In this document: positions 40,485 through 50,846 of the stretch, in pieces | Position numbering within the stretch: the stretch's first letter is position 1 | Layout: each line of letters begins with the position of its first letter | Origin: an uncultured Candidatus Saccharibacteria bacterium | GTDB lineage: Bacteria > Patescibacteriota > Minisyncoccia > Phycocordibacterales > SBAW01 | Reading direction: 5' to 3' | Assembly (NCBI GenBank): GCA_964650645.1 | Contig: CAZYUH010000001.1 | Coordinates: 347,032-411,031 of the forward strand | Length of the DNA stretch: 64,000 nucleotides | Notes under the pieces: generated by a model | Told to the model about the DNA's origin: nothing | Databases searched by the model: none | What the model saw: only the letters and a program-made list of their open reading frames with translations | Program-made: the position numbers and the translations under genes

Positions 40485-41342
40485 ATGTATAATCTCATCC
40501 TTGTTACGGGAGGCGAGGGCTTCATCGGCTCCCGTCTGTGTGCGCGGCTCGTTAAGGACGGGAATCGCGTCATATCTATCGACAACAACTTTGTACCGGC
40601 GTCTCCGCGGGTGCAAGGGGTCGAATATCGCACCGGACACGCCAAGGATATCGAAAAACTGGTATCGGAGCGGCCGAGCCTCATCTATCACTTGGGGGAG
40701 TACTCACGGGTGGAGAAGAGCCTTGGCGAGCCTTCGCTTGTCTTTGATCTCAATATTGACGGTACTCGGGGTGTGGTCGAATTCTGGCGCAAGATTGGCT
40801 GCAAGCTCGTCTATGCCGGGTCGTCCACCAAGTACGCCGATGGCGGACTCGGGCGCGACCAGTCTCCGTACGCGTGGAGCAAGGCGGTTAACACTGAACT
40901 GGTCCGCAACTATGCGGATTGGTACCGGCTCGACTTCGGCATCACGTACTTCTATAACGTGTACGGTCCCGGGGAGCGTGCGGGAACGTACGGCACCGTG
41001 GTGGAGATATTCCATCAGAAGCACGCCCAAGGATTGCCGCTGACGGTTGTGTCTCCGGGGACGCAGAAGCGCAACTTTACCCATGTCGACGATATCATCG
41101 ACGGGCTCATCCTGGTGGGCGAAAGGGGGGAGGGCGACGAGTTCGGGCTGGGCTCCGAAGAGTCCTATAGTATTCTCGATATTGCCCGTATGTTCGGAGG
41201 CAAGATCGAGATGCTTCCCGAGCGCCAAGGCAACCGCATGGACTCAAAGCTCGATGCGACCAAGTCGCGCGCCATAGGATGGCGCCCGAAGCAAACGCTT
41301 AGCGAGTATATCCGGAGCATCAAGGCCGATGCCGCTGCCTAG
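40485..41342 (+). CDS. NAD-dependent epimerase/dehydratase
   Basis: VTGGEGFIGS, SPYAWSK, FYNVYGP, GTQKRNFTH. Confidence 0.9.
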   Translation: MYNLILVTGGEGFIGSRLCARLVKDGNRVISIDNNFVPASPRVQGVEYRTGHAKDIEKLVSERPSLIYHLGEYSRVEKSLGEPSLVFDLNIDGTRGVVEFWRKIGCKLVYAGSSTKYADGGLGRDQSPYAWSKAVNTELVRNYADWYRLDFGITYFYNVYGPGERAGTYGTVVEIFHQKHAQGLPLTVVSPGTQKRNFTHVDDIIDGLILVGERGEGDEFGLGSEESYSILDIARMFGGKIEMLPERQGNRMDSKLDATKSRAIGWRPKQTLSEYIRSIKADAAA

Positions 41343-41407
41343 CGTGGCGAGAGTAAAACACCAGGGCCGCCTCGTGAGGCGGCCCTTTCTTTTGGTATAG
41401 TCCTACT

Positions 41408-41947
41408 ATGCCGTCATTAACCGACAAGGCTTTACAGCTCGCATTCGCCGCCCACGAGGGCCAGAAGCGCCACGAGGGTATCCCGTACGTGACGCATCCG
41501 GTCGCGGTTGCGCTTATGCTGGCGCAGCGCGGCTTTGGCGAGGAGGTCATCGCCGCCGCGCTCTGCCATGACGTGCTTGAGGACACGAGCGTGACGGAAG
41601 GCGAGATGCGGCAGGAGTTGGGAGACGCGGTTACCGATACCGTAAAAGCTGTCTCCTACGACCGCTCGCTGCCGTGGAAAGAGCAGCGCGAGCGCTATAT
41701 CGAGTCCGTGCGCGAAGCGGGCGAGAGCGCCATGGCGGTGTCCGCGGCCGACAAGATCCACAACGCCCGGAGCCTTATTGCGCTGCATGCATCAGGCGGC
41801 CCGCACATATGGAGCAAATTCAATGCGACGAAAGAGCAGAAGCTCTGGTTTGAAGAAGCGATGCTTGCGATGCTCAAGGAGGCTTGGCAGCATCCGCTCG
41901 TGGGAGAGTACGAGGCGCTTGTGGCGCAGCTGCGCGCGCTTGATTGA
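41408..41947 (+). CDS. HD-domain small alarmone hydrolase-like (Mesh1 type)
   Basis: AHEGQKR..PYVTHP, AALCHDVLEDT, ADKIHN. Confidence 0.82.
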   Translation: MPSLTDKALQLAFAAHEGQKRHEGIPYVTHPVAVALMLAQRGFGEEVIAAALCHDVLEDTSVTEGEMRQELGDAVTDTVKAVSYDRSLPWKEQRERYIESVREAGESAMAVSAADKIHNARSLIALHASGGPHIWSKFNATKEQKLWFEEAMLAMLKEAWQHPLVGEYEALVAQLRALD

Positions 41948-41949
41948 TT

Positions 41950-43074
41950 ATGAAAAGGATACTCATTTTCTCGCTCGCGTATTACCCGCATGTAGGCGGC
42001 GCCGAGGTCGCAATCAAGGAGATTACGGACCGCATCGACGATATCGAGTTCGAGATGGTGACGCTGCGCTTCGGGCGCGAGGCTCGGGTAGAGCAGGTGG
42101 GTAAAGTGCTCGTGCATCGCGTGGGCTTCGGAGGCGGCGTTATTTCAAAGCTTTTCTACATACCGATGGCCGCCGCGGAGGCGTTCGTGCTCCACCGGCG
42201 CGGCAGGTTCGATGGGGCGTGGGCGATGATGAGCTACATGCTCATTCCGATCATGCTCCTGCGCGCTTTGGGAGTGCGTCTTCCGTACGTTTTGACCTTG
42301 CAGGAAGGGGACACGGAGTCCCATATGTTCGGACGGCTGCGCATCCTGCCGTTCCTGCCGCTTATCAATGCAGGCTTCCGCAATGCCGCCGTCGTGCAGG
42401 CGATCTCGACTTATCTTGGCGGCTGGGCCCGCAAGCGCGGATTTTCAAGGCTGCTCGAGGTAATTCCAAACGGCGTGGACACGCGCAGGTTCGCGATAGA
42501 AAAGGCGCCGCACGAGGGCGCGGTGCTCATAACATCCTCGCGGCTCGTCGAGAAGAACGGCATAGACACGGTCATCCGCGCGCTCCCGCTCATGCCGGTA
42601 GTGCGCTTCGTGGTGTGCGGCGCGGGCAAGGACGAGCGCAAGCTCAAATCGCTCGCGCGCGAGCTCGGCGTAGAAGGCCGCGTGGCGTTCAGGGGCTATA
42701 TGGACCACGCGCAGCTGCTCAAGGAGCTCAGCGTCGCCGATATTTTCATCCGCCCTAGCCGCTCGGAAGGCATGGGCAACTCGTTCATCGAGGCGTTCGC
42801 GGCGGAGCTGCCGGTTATCGCGACGCAGGAGGGCGGCATCGCCGATTTCCTGTTCGACGCGAAGAAAAATCCCGATAAGCCGACGACCGGCTGGGCGGTT
42901 GCCACGGATGCTCCGGAGGAAATCGCCAGGGCAGTGGAGGATATTCTCGGCAACCCGGAAGCGGCCAAGAAAGTTGTAGAAACGGCCAAGCAGTTGGCGC
43001 TCAGCAAGTACGACTGGAGCCTGATAGCAAAGGATATGCGCGAGCGCGTATTCGCAAGAATTACCGGCGCATAG
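41950..43074 (+). CDS. Glycosyltransferase family 4
   Basis: YYPHVGGAE, IPNGVD, RPSRSEGMGNSFIEA. Confidence 0.92.
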   Translation: MKRILIFSLAYYPHVGGAEVAIKEITDRIDDIEFEMVTLRFGREARVEQVGKVLVHRVGFGGGVISKLFYIPMAAAEAFVLHRRGRFDGAWAMMSYMLIPIMLLRALGVRLPYVLTLQEGDTESHMFGRLRILPFLPLINAGFRNAAVVQAISTYLGGWARKRGFSRLLEVIPNGVDTRRFAIEKAPHEGAVLITSSRLVEKNGIDTVIRALPLMPVVRFVVCGAGKDERKLKSLARELGVEGRVAFRGYMDHAQLLKELSVADIFIRPSRSEGMGNSFIEAFAAELPVIATQEGGIADFLFDAKKNPDKPTTGWAVATDAPEEIARAVEDILGNPEAAKKVVETAKQLALSKYDWSLIAKDMRERVFARITGA

Positions 43075-43453
43075 GCGGGAGCCATGCCCATGGCAGGGTG
43101 TGGATAACTTTTGACAAGGCGAGGGGAGCGTGTTCTCGAAAATCCGAGATTCTCGGCCGTCTTCAGATTCGGCCACGCCGACTTCAGGTTCGCGTGGGTA
43201 TGTTGGGTATGGATGTGCCTGTATGCCTGTGGGTCCTTAGTCTCGCGCTGTGCAGCTGCCGTGCTCACTGCTGCGCGGTCCTGTGCCCGGACCCTGCGTG
43301 CGCTATCCGCCTCCCTCTATTTATCCATGCGAGCGACTCCCCCGTTTTTAATCGTAAAAATTCCCTGGCCTCTCAGAACAGCGGCATACGTGTCCCCTTA
43401 CCCGGCTTCCCTTCTTGTACAATTACGCTAAGCTTGCCCTGCACCCTTTCCGT

Positions 43454-44449
43454 ATGACCATCCTCATTGCAACCGGCATCTATCCTCCCCAGATCGGCGG
43501 TCCGGCCAAGTACGCCCAAAAGCTCCATGAGGAGCTGGGCCGGCGCGGGCCGGTCTTGCTGTGTGCATGGTCCGGGCTTGAGCGCGCGCTGCCGTGGGGG
43601 ATGCGCCACTTCGCGTACTTCTTGCGGCTGCTGCCGAAAGTGGCGCGCGCCGACGCGGTGCTTGCTCTGGATACATGGAGCACCGGCTTCCCCGCGCTTA
43701 TGGCGTCAAAACTCCTGCGACGCAAGCTTCTGGTGCGCATCGGAGGCGACTTTGTATGGGAGGCCTATATAGAGCGCACGGGGGATATGGTGCTGCTCTC
43801 TGAGTTTTATACGCAGCCGCGCCGGCTCTCTGCTAAAGAGCGCTTGATACAACGCGCGACGCTTCTCTTGCTGCGCCGTGCGGATGAGCTCCTGTTTAAT
43901 ACCGCCTGGCAGATGGAGATATGGCAGGAGGCCTTTACATACCGCACGCCTGCCCGCGTGCTTGAAAACGAATTCCCGCCTAAAAAACAGGCCGCAGTCT
44001 CCCCTCCCAGTCGCAAAATATTCGTCGCGGCCGGCCGCGGCATCCGCTACAAGAACATACCGGCGTTTGCCGAGGCGTTTGGAGCGGTGGCCGCCGGCCG
44101 CGCCGAGCTAGATACCCGGGCGCTGGCTCCGCAGGAAAACGCGTCGCGCATCGCCGAGTGCTACGCTGTCGCTGTGCCCTCGGTAAGCGAGGTCAACTCT
44201 AACTTCATCATCGAGGCGCTCTCGCACAATAAGCCGTTCATTGCGCCGCTTGACTGCGGCATGCGCGAGCGCCTGGGCGGATTGGGCATATTCGTCGACA
44301 CGCTCGACAGGCGCGCCATGGGGCGGGCGGTTGAGGAGCTGTTGGATGAGGAAACGTATCAGGCGTACGTCGAACGGATCAGGAACTTCTCGTGCATACG
44401 CACATGGGCTGAAATCGCGGATGAGATACTGGAATCCGCACGGGTATGA
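43454..44449 (+). CDS. Glycosyltransferase family 4 (compact)
   Basis: TGIYPPQIGGPA, PSVSEVNSNFIIEA. Confidence 0.82.
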   Translation: MTILIATGIYPPQIGGPAKYAQKLHEELGRRGPVLLCAWSGLERALPWGMRHFAYFLRLLPKVARADAVLALDTWSTGFPALMASKLLRRKLLVRIGGDFVWEAYIERTGDMVLLSEFYTQPRRLSAKERLIQRATLLLLRRADELLFNTAWQMEIWQEAFTYRTPARVLENEFPPKKQAAVSPPSRKIFVAAGRGIRYKNIPAFAEAFGAVAAGRAELDTRALAPQENASRIAECYAVAVPSVSEVNSNFIIEALSHNKPFIAPLDCGMRERLGGLGIFVDTLDRRAMGRAVEELLDEETYQAYVERIRNFSCIRTWAEIADEILESARV

Positions 44450-45417
44450 GAGTCCTCATGATAAGCGGTGATGCGCGCATGCTGGTGCCCGGCACCGAGG
44501 CGCATGACCGCTACCTGCTGCAGAAGAGCCAAGTCGAGGAGCTGCGGGTTATCGTTTGGAGCCCGCGCCGGCCGCTCGCGCTCTTTTCCGTACTGGGCCG
44601 GGCGATTGCTCGCCGCTATGACGTCGTAACCGCGCAGGACCCGCTGTGGCGCGGGCTTCTGGGGCTTGCTGCTGCGCGCCTGGGCGGCGCGCGCCTGCAG
44701 GTGCAATTGCACGGCGATTTAGAGCATGTACGCGGCGTTTCCCGCGCCATGCTCAAGCTCGTGCTGCGGCACGCCGATGCGGTGCGCGCGGTGTCCGACC
44801 GCATACGCGAGCAGGCGGAGGCGCTCGGCGCGCGGGCATTCATCGACGTGCTGCCGGTGTTCGTTGATGCCGAGGCTGTGCGCGCTGCTCCCGCAGCCGA
44901 CCTCAAAAAGGAATTCCCCCAATTCGGCAAGATAGTCCTGTTTGCCGGCCGGCTCGAGCCGGAGAAGAATTGCGCCGATGCATTGCGCGCGTTCGCGCAG
45001 GTCGCGGGCGAGTTTCCGGGCGCGGGGCTCATGGTCGCGGGCGAGGGGTCAGAGCGCCCGATGCTCGAGGCGCTGGCGCGCAACCTGGGCCTCTCGGGCA
45101 AGGTTGTATTCTCCGGGTATCGCGCCGATATCCTTTCGCTGTACAAAGCGGCGGACTGCCTCCTCGTATCATCGCTCCACGAGAGCTGGGGCGCCGCGAT
45201 GGTTGAGGCGCTCGCGGCCGGCTGCGCCGTCGCGGCGCCCGATGTCGGCGTCGCCCGCGAGGCGGGCGCTACAGTCGTTCCGCGCCGGGAGCTCGGCGCG
45301 GCTGTTACTGGTATACTGCGTTCCGGAGCGCGCGGCCGTCTGCGCTTCGCGCTGCCGAGCCGCGACGAGTGGGCGCGCCGCTGGAAGGAAACGCTAGAAT
45401 CACATCGAACGCTATGA
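44446..45417 (+). CDS. Glycosyltransferase family 4
   Basis: GRLEPEKN, SSLHESWGAAMVEA. Confidence 0.88.
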   Translation: MRVLMISGDARMLVPGTEAHDRYLLQKSQVEELRVIVWSPRRPLALFSVLGRAIARRYDVVTAQDPLWRGLLGLAAARLGGARLQVQLHGDLEHVRGVSRAMLKLVLRHADAVRAVSDRIREQAEALGARAFIDVLPVFVDAEAVRAAPAADLKKEFPQFGKIVLFAGRLEPEKNCADALRAFAQVAGEFPGAGLMVAGEGSERPMLEALARNLGLSGKVVFSGYRADILSLYKAADCLLVSSLHESWGAAMVEALAAGCAVAAPDVGVAREAGATVVPRRELGAAVTGILRSGARGRLRFALPSRDEWARRWKETLESHRTL

Positions 45418-46304
45418 AGCTCTTAATAACTACGCAGGCGCTGGACCGCAACGACCCCGTTCTCGGGTTCTTCCACCGTTGGGTGGAAGAGTTCGCAAAG
45501 CACTGCGAGCAGGTGACGGTCATCTGCCTGCGCAAAGGGGACTGCGCCCTGCCGCATAACGCGCGCGTATTCGTGCTGGGTGGCGGGAACAGGCCGCAGC
45601 GCGCGTACAGGCTCCTGAAGGGCGCGTACAAATTCCGCGACAACTACGACGCCGTGTTCGTGCACATGAATCCGGAATACGTCGTTGTCGCGGGGTGGCT
45701 GTGGCGGCTTTTGGGCAAGCGCGTCGCGCTGTGGTACACGCACAAGAGCGTCGATGCGAAGCTGCGCATCGCTTCCCTCTTCGCGGATATAATCTTTACC
45801 GCCTCCAAGGAGAGTTTCAGGCTGGCGAGCGGGAAGGTCCGCGTCATGGGCCACGGCATCGATACGGAGTTCTTCCGCCCTGACCCGGCCGTGCCGCGCG
45901 GCAGCCATTTCCTTTCAGTCGGCCGCCTCATGCGAAGCAAGCGCCACGACCTCGCGATACGCGCGGCCAAGGAAGCCGGCACGCCCATACGCATCGCCGG
46001 CGCCGGCGCCGAACTTGCCAGTCTCGAGGCTCTGGCGCGGCAGGAAGGAGTGCAAGCGTCGTTTCTGGGCGGCCTCAATCAGCGGCAGCTGCGGGACGAG
46101 TACCGCCGCGCGGCGAAGCTCATCCATGCGAGCGAGACGGGAAGCCTCGACAAGGTCGTGCTTGAGGCACTCGCGTGCGGCCTGCCCATGCAGACGGGCG
46201 ACCCGGCGCTCAAGCATATGGAGGGCGAGGGGCCCGGGTACGTGCGCGAGCGCCACTCGCTTTCGTCGCTCATTCCGCGCATACTAGAGGTACTCCATGG
46301 CTAG
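45414..46304 (+). CDS. Glycosyltransferase family 4
   Basis: GHGIDT, VGRLMRSK, TGSLDKVVLEA. Confidence 0.88.
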   Translation: MKLLITTQALDRNDPVLGFFHRWVEEFAKHCEQVTVICLRKGDCALPHNARVFVLGGGNRPQRAYRLLKGAYKFRDNYDAVFVHMNPEYVVVAGWLWRLLGKRVALWYTHKSVDAKLRIASLFADIIFTASKESFRLASGKVRVMGHGIDTEFFRPDPAVPRGSHFLSVGRLMRSKRHDLAIRAAKEAGTPIRIAGAGAELASLEALARQEGVQASFLGGLNQRQLRDEYRRAAKLIHASETGSLDKVVLEALACGLPMQTGDPALKHMEGEGPGYVRERHSLSSLIPRILEVLHG

Positions 46305-46932
46305 CTACGCGCCCCAGGTCGACAAGTCGCATTACGGCGCGAAGTACCGCGGCAAGGACCGATGGCTCTCTTATTACTACCAGCTGGCACTTGCGCGCTC
46401 GGCAGCTCTAAATTCGGTGCTCGAAGTCGGCCCGGGCGAGGGAATCGTCACCGCCATGCTGCGCAGGGACGGCGTTAGGGTGGTCACGTGCGACATTGCG
46501 GAGGACCTGCGGCCGGACGTAGTGGGCTCCGTCGTCGCGTTGCCGTTTAGGGATGGGGAGTTCGAGCTCGCGATCGCGGCCGAGGTGCTGGAGCATATAC
46601 GCTTCGAAGACGTGCCGCAGGCGCTCAGCGAGTTGCGGCGAGTGAGCGGCGGGCGCGTGCTCATATCCCTGCCGCACCCGGGATGGGTATTCTCTTGCGA
46701 AATTAAGCTGCCCTTGCTCCCCCGCCTCGAATTCCTGTTCCAGATCCCTTTCTTCTGGCAGGAGCACCGCTTCAACGGCGAGCATTACTGGGAGCTGGGC
46801 AAAAAGGGGTATCCGGTCAGCCGCTTTGTCGCATGTGCGAGGGGGGCCGGCCTAAAGCTCGTATCAAGCCAAAAGCATGCAGACGACCCCGTGCACCGGT
46901 TTTTCGTATTCAGCGCCGGAGGCGGCGATTAG
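46297..46932 (+). CDS. Class I SAM-dependent methyltransferase
   Basis: VLEVGPGEG, LPFRDGEF, EVLEH. Confidence 0.88.
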   Translation: MASYAPQVDKSHYGAKYRGKDRWLSYYYQLALARSAALNSVLEVGPGEGIVTAMLRRDGVRVVTCDIAEDLRPDVVGSVVALPFRDGEFELAIAAEVLEHIRFEDVPQALSELRRVSGGRVLISLPHPGWVFSCEIKLPLLPRLEFLFQIPFFWQEHRFNGEHYWELGKKGYPVSRFVACARGAGLKLVSSQKHADDPVHRFFVFSAGGGD

Positions 46933-46935
46933 CCC

Positions 46936-47940
46936 ATGGTGAGAGATTTTGACCGGGTAATCGTTATAGCGTATGGCGCAATCGGCGATTTCGTCATGAC
47001 GCTGCTGCTGCTGGAGCGCCTCCACGCTTCCTTGCCGGGAGTGCCCATTACGGTGGCGGCGACGCGCAATGCGCCATTGCTGAGGGAAATGGCGGCAGGA
47101 TATCCGTTTATCGAGGTGGCGTCCCTTGATAAACGGACTGCGCTTCCGCTCCTGCTGCGCTCTTGGGCGCATCGTCCCCTGGTCATAGCGCCGCCGACTT
47201 TCACCGTAACGCCGAGGTTCATCGCATGGTGGGCGCGGCTCGCCTCAGTGCGCGGCAAGACGGCCGGACTGGTCGGGCCCCAAGACAGCGTCGCTCTCGG
47301 GACGGCCGTTCCTTTTGATCCCTCAAAATTATTCCACGAAAATCTTTCCGCCCTGCTCAAAGCCATCGATTGCCTTCCTGTAGTGGATACGCGCGCGCAA
47401 TTTGCCATGGATGCAAGCGCAGTGCCTTCTGAGCCTTATATAGCCGTAGCGCCTTTCGCGTCCAATCCGGGAAAAACGCTGCCCTTGGGCCGCTGGGCCG
47501 ACCTTCTATGCTTCGTAAATGCATCGTATCCGGCGCTGCGGGTGGTGCTGTTGGGGGGACCGCAGAACGCCGCCGATGCCGCGCGCTTGGCGGGAGCATT
47601 GGGCGCGGACCGCGTCGAGGTGCGATGCGGCGCACCGTTCGCTCAAACCGCGGCTTGTATCGCCCGTTCCCGATGCTTCATCGGCGCGGATTCGGGGCTT
47701 ATGCACGTAGCCGGCGCGCTCCGGGTGCCAAGCGTCGCCATAGAGAATTTGCGGGCGGTTACATGGCTACCCAGTTATAACCCTCGCGCAATCATACTTA
47801 CCGCGCCGGAAGAGTGCTTGTGCGGAGGCGATAAGACTGGAAATTGCTATAGGGAAATCGGGGGGATACGCTACCTGCGATGCATGATAGACGTACCACA
47901 GGAGGAGATATACAGGGCCATAACAGGTGTATTGGAATAA
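46936..47940 (+). CDS. Glycosyltransferase family 9 (heptosyltransferase-like)
   Basis: GAIGDFVM, PFASNPGK..W, GADSGLMHVAGAL. Confidence 0.82.
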   Translation: MVRDFDRVIVIAYGAIGDFVMTLLLLERLHASLPGVPITVAATRNAPLLREMAAGYPFIEVASLDKRTALPLLLRSWAHRPLVIAPPTFTVTPRFIAWWARLASVRGKTAGLVGPQDSVALGTAVPFDPSKLFHENLSALLKAIDCLPVVDTRAQFAMDASAVPSEPYIAVAPFASNPGKTLPLGRWADLLCFVNASYPALRVVLLGGPQNAADAARLAGALGADRVEVRCGAPFAQTAACIARSRCFIGADSGLMHVAGALRVPSVAIENLRAVTWLPSYNPRAIILTAPEECLCGGDKTGNCYREIGGIRYLRCMIDVPQEEIYRAITGVLE

Positions 47941-47967
47941 GCCCTTGTGCTACAGTGACACTATTAT

Positions 47968-49722
47968 ATGTGCGCAATATTGGGCCTCAATACCCCTGAC
48001 GGGGGGCTTATCGGGCAAATGAACGCGGCTGCGGCCCATCGCGGCCCCGACGACAGCGGCGTATTCCTCGATGCGTCTGTCGCGCTCGGGCACAACAGGC
48101 TTGCGATACTCGACCTCTCCGCGCTTGGCCGCCAGCCCATGGAGGCATCGGGCCTCCGGATAGTCTTTAACGGCGAGATATACAACTTTAAGGAGCTGCG
48201 CGCGGAGCTTCAGGCGGTTGGCGAGGAGTTCCGCTCCAATAGCGACACCGAGGTCATCCTGCGCGGTTATGCGCGCGAGGGCGCGGAGTATCTTAAGAAG
48301 CTGCGCGGCATGTGGGCATTGGCGCTCTATGATGAGCGCGCGGGCACGATAGTGCTTTCCCGCGACCCGTTCGGCATCAAGCCGCTCTACTATTACGAGC
48401 GGTCAGGCGTCTTTGCTTTCGCTTCCGAGTTGCGCGCGCTGCGCCCAGTGCTTGAGCGTTATGGCGCCAGCGACGATGCGCTCGCGCACAGGCTCTACTT
48501 CAGCTTCGGCTATATTCCGGCGCCGCACTCGCCGTTTGCCGAGGTTAAAAAAGTCCTGCCCGGGGAGGTGCTTTCGTACTCCTTGGCGGGCAAAACGCTC
48601 TCGCGCGCGGATATGCTCGAGCCGTACAGCGAGACCCCGCTCGCTTTGGGGGATGCCCTCGAGGATGCGGTGCGCGCGCATTTCGTTTCCGACGTGCCGG
48701 TCGGGCTCTTTTATTCCGGCGGCACCGATTCGACCCTGCTCCTGGCGACCGCTAAGAAGCTGGGCTTTGATCCGACTGCGTTCTTCTTGCGCATACCCAA
48801 CCGGCTCGACAATGAATACGCCCTCGCCGCCGCCAAAGAGCTCGGCGTCGCGCCTGTCATATTCGAGTTCGGCGAAAAGGAGGCGCTTGCGGCGCTCGAG
48901 CGCTCCCGCTCCTCTCTTGACGAGCCGTTCGCCGACACCTCTTATTTGCCGACGGAGTATCTCTCAAGCCGGGTGGCGAAGACGCACAAGGTGGTGCTCT
49001 CCGGCGAGGGCGGGGACGAGTTCTTCGGCGGGTACCACCGGCACAACCACCTGCTGGGACTCAAGGGCGGCTTCAGGATCATCCCGGCGGCCCTCGTCCG
49101 CCTTCTGCCTTCGCGCGCGCGTCGCGCGGCGGAGTCGAAAATAAACCGCGATCCGTACGCCGCCTACGTGGAATTCGCGCGCGTCGACGGGGGACTGGTG
49201 CCGCGCGACGAGGCGGTGGAGTTCTTGCGCTCGCGGGTATCCGGCAGGCACGACGACCTGGGCCTCGCGTTCGATCAGCGGGTATATTTGCCCGACGATC
49301 TCTTATTTAAAATAGACCGCGCCGGCATGCGGCATGGGCTTGAGGGTCGCGTACCATTTCTGGACAAGCGGTTCTTTGCGGCGGCGCGCGCCCTGACGGC
49401 TCCTGCGCGCCATGGCGGCGTTGAGGGCGGCAAAGCGCCTCTTAAGGATATTTTGGGCAGGCATCTTCCAAAGAGCTTGGTTGAGCGCCCCAAGCAGGGC
49501 TTTAGCATGCCGCTGGCTATGGCGGCCAGGCTGCCGGACGAGGTATTCGCCAAAGCGGTCGTCGAGGCCCAGAGCTATCCGAATCTGGTCCCGCTTCCGC
49601 CTGCGCTCCTGGTGCGCTTGGCTTCTGCATCTTCGGCACGCGACGAGTTCCGCCGCAAGCATTCCCATCTCGCATACGCCCTCCTGGTGTGGGGCGGCTG
49701 GCGCGAGAGCTTTAAAGTATAA
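47968..49722 (+). CDS. asnB: Glutamine-hydrolysing asparagine synthase-like amidotransferase
   Basis: N-terminal Cys (MCAI), HRGPD, FNGEIYNF, SGGTDS, SGEGGDE, RVPFLD. Confidence 0.9.
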   Translation: MCAILGLNTPDGGLIGQMNAAAAHRGPDDSGVFLDASVALGHNRLAILDLSALGRQPMEASGLRIVFNGEIYNFKELRAELQAVGEEFRSNSDTEVILRGYAREGAEYLKKLRGMWALALYDERAGTIVLSRDPFGIKPLYYYERSGVFAFASELRALRPVLERYGASDDALAHRLYFSFGYIPAPHSPFAEVKKVLPGEVLSYSLAGKTLSRADMLEPYSETPLALGDALEDAVRAHFVSDVPVGLFYSGGTDSTLLLATAKKLGFDPTAFFLRIPNRLDNEYALAAAKELGVAPVIFEFGEKEALAALERSRSSLDEPFADTSYLPTEYLSSRVAKTHKVVLSGEGGDEFFGGYHRHNHLLGLKGGFRIIPAALVRLLPSRARRAAESKINRDPYAAYVEFARVDGGLVPRDEAVEFLRSRVSGRHDDLGLAFDQRVYLPDDLLFKIDRAGMRHGLEGRVPFLDKRFFAAARALTAPARHGGVEGGKAPLKDILGRHLPKSLVERPKQGFSMPLAMAARLPDEVFAKAVVEAQSYPNLVPLPPALLVRLASASSARDEFRRKHSHLAYALLVWGGWRESFKV

Positions 49723-49724
49723 AT

Positions 49725-50846
49725 ATGCGCGAGCGATTCAATAACCTGATACTCTTGGCGCAGTGCGCCGCACGCTTCATTTTGCACGGCTCATCCAGGC
49801 GCGCGATTAAGAGCCCTAAATCGGTGGTTGTCGTGCAGTTCGGCAAGCTGGGCGATATGGTCTGCACGACGCCCGTGTTCAGCGCGATTAAAAGGGCCGA
49901 CCCGGGTATTCGCGTCATTGTGGTGGGCGACAAGGTGGGCGAACAGGTGCTGGAAGGCAATCCCGACGTGGACCGCTACATAATTTGCGGCACCGATATC
50001 AAGCCGGCGCTGCGGGAGCTGAAAGCGGAAAAAGCGGAAACGGGCATTACGACGGGACCCAGTTCGCGCGCCTTGTTCCTGCTTTATTTGGCCGGCATAA
50101 AGACGCTTATCGCTCCGCGCATCGAGGGAGGGGCCAGCTCAGAGGGCCGTCTTTACCGCCTTTTGCGCACCTTGGCCCTGGCGGTTCCGCATCGGATGGG
50201 CCATTATGCGCCGCGCGAATACCTGCGCATGCTTGAGCCGCTAGGCATCGTAAGCGACGACACGGCTAAGCATGTGGCCATAAATCCCGCCTCGAGGGAA
50301 AAGGTCGAGGAATTTTGGCGCAAGCATGACCTTGCGGGCAAACGGGTCGTCGGCATATCGCCTTCGGCGGGAAACAAGATAAAGCAGTGGCCGCCCGAGC
50401 GCTTCGCGGCGGTAGCTGATTACGTGCGCGAGACGCGCGGCGCTGAGGTGCTTATTGTGGCCGGGCCGGGCGATGCGAAAGAGGTTGCAGCCATGCGCGC
50501 AGCGCTCAAAACCCAGGCGACCAATGCGGCGGGCGCGTTCTCTATCGAGGAGCTCAAGGCCGCGATAGCGAAACTTGAGCTCTTTATAAGCGTCGATACG
50601 GGTCCGATATATATAGCAGAGGCGCTTGGTACTCCCACGATCGATATCGTAGGACCTGTCGACGAGCGCGAGCAGCCTCCGATAGGCTTGCGCAACGTCG
50701 TAGTGGTGCCGCCCGGACGCGCGAAGCCCGAGCTGTACGTCATGAATCCGTACCAATATAATTATGCCGAGGCCGTGCGCCAAGTGGAGGGCATTTCCGT
50801 GGCGCAGGTGACGGCCGCTATCGACGCTTTGCTGGCGCGCATATGA
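49725..50846 (+). CDS. Glycosyltransferase family 9
   Basis: GKLGDMVCTTP, KQWPPERF, SVDTGPIYIAEALGTP. Confidence 0.88.
   Translation: MRERFNNLILLAQCAARFILHGSSRRAIKSPKSVVVVQFGKLGDMVCTTPVFSAIKRADPGIRVIVVGDKVGEQVLEGNPDVDRYIICGTDIKPALRELKAEKAETGITTGPSSRALFLLYLAGIKTLIAPRIEGGASSEGRLYRLLRTLALAVPHRMGHYAPREYLRMLEPLGIVSDDTAKHVAINPASREKVEEFWRKHDLAGKRVVGISPSAGNKIKQWPPERFAAVADYVRETRGAEVLIVAGPGDAKEVAAMRAALKTQATNAAGAFSIEELKAAIAKLELFISVDTGPIYIAEALGTPTIDIVGPVDEREQPPIGLRNVVVVPPGRAKPELYVMNPYQYNYAEAVRQVEGISVAQVTAAIDALLARI

Noticed and set aside
19301-43330. In-frame TAG in two short frames (19331 + and about 43317 -) as evidence of stop-codon reassignment
   Set aside because: TAG, TGA and TAA all terminate well-conserved genes at expected lengths, so table 11 fits
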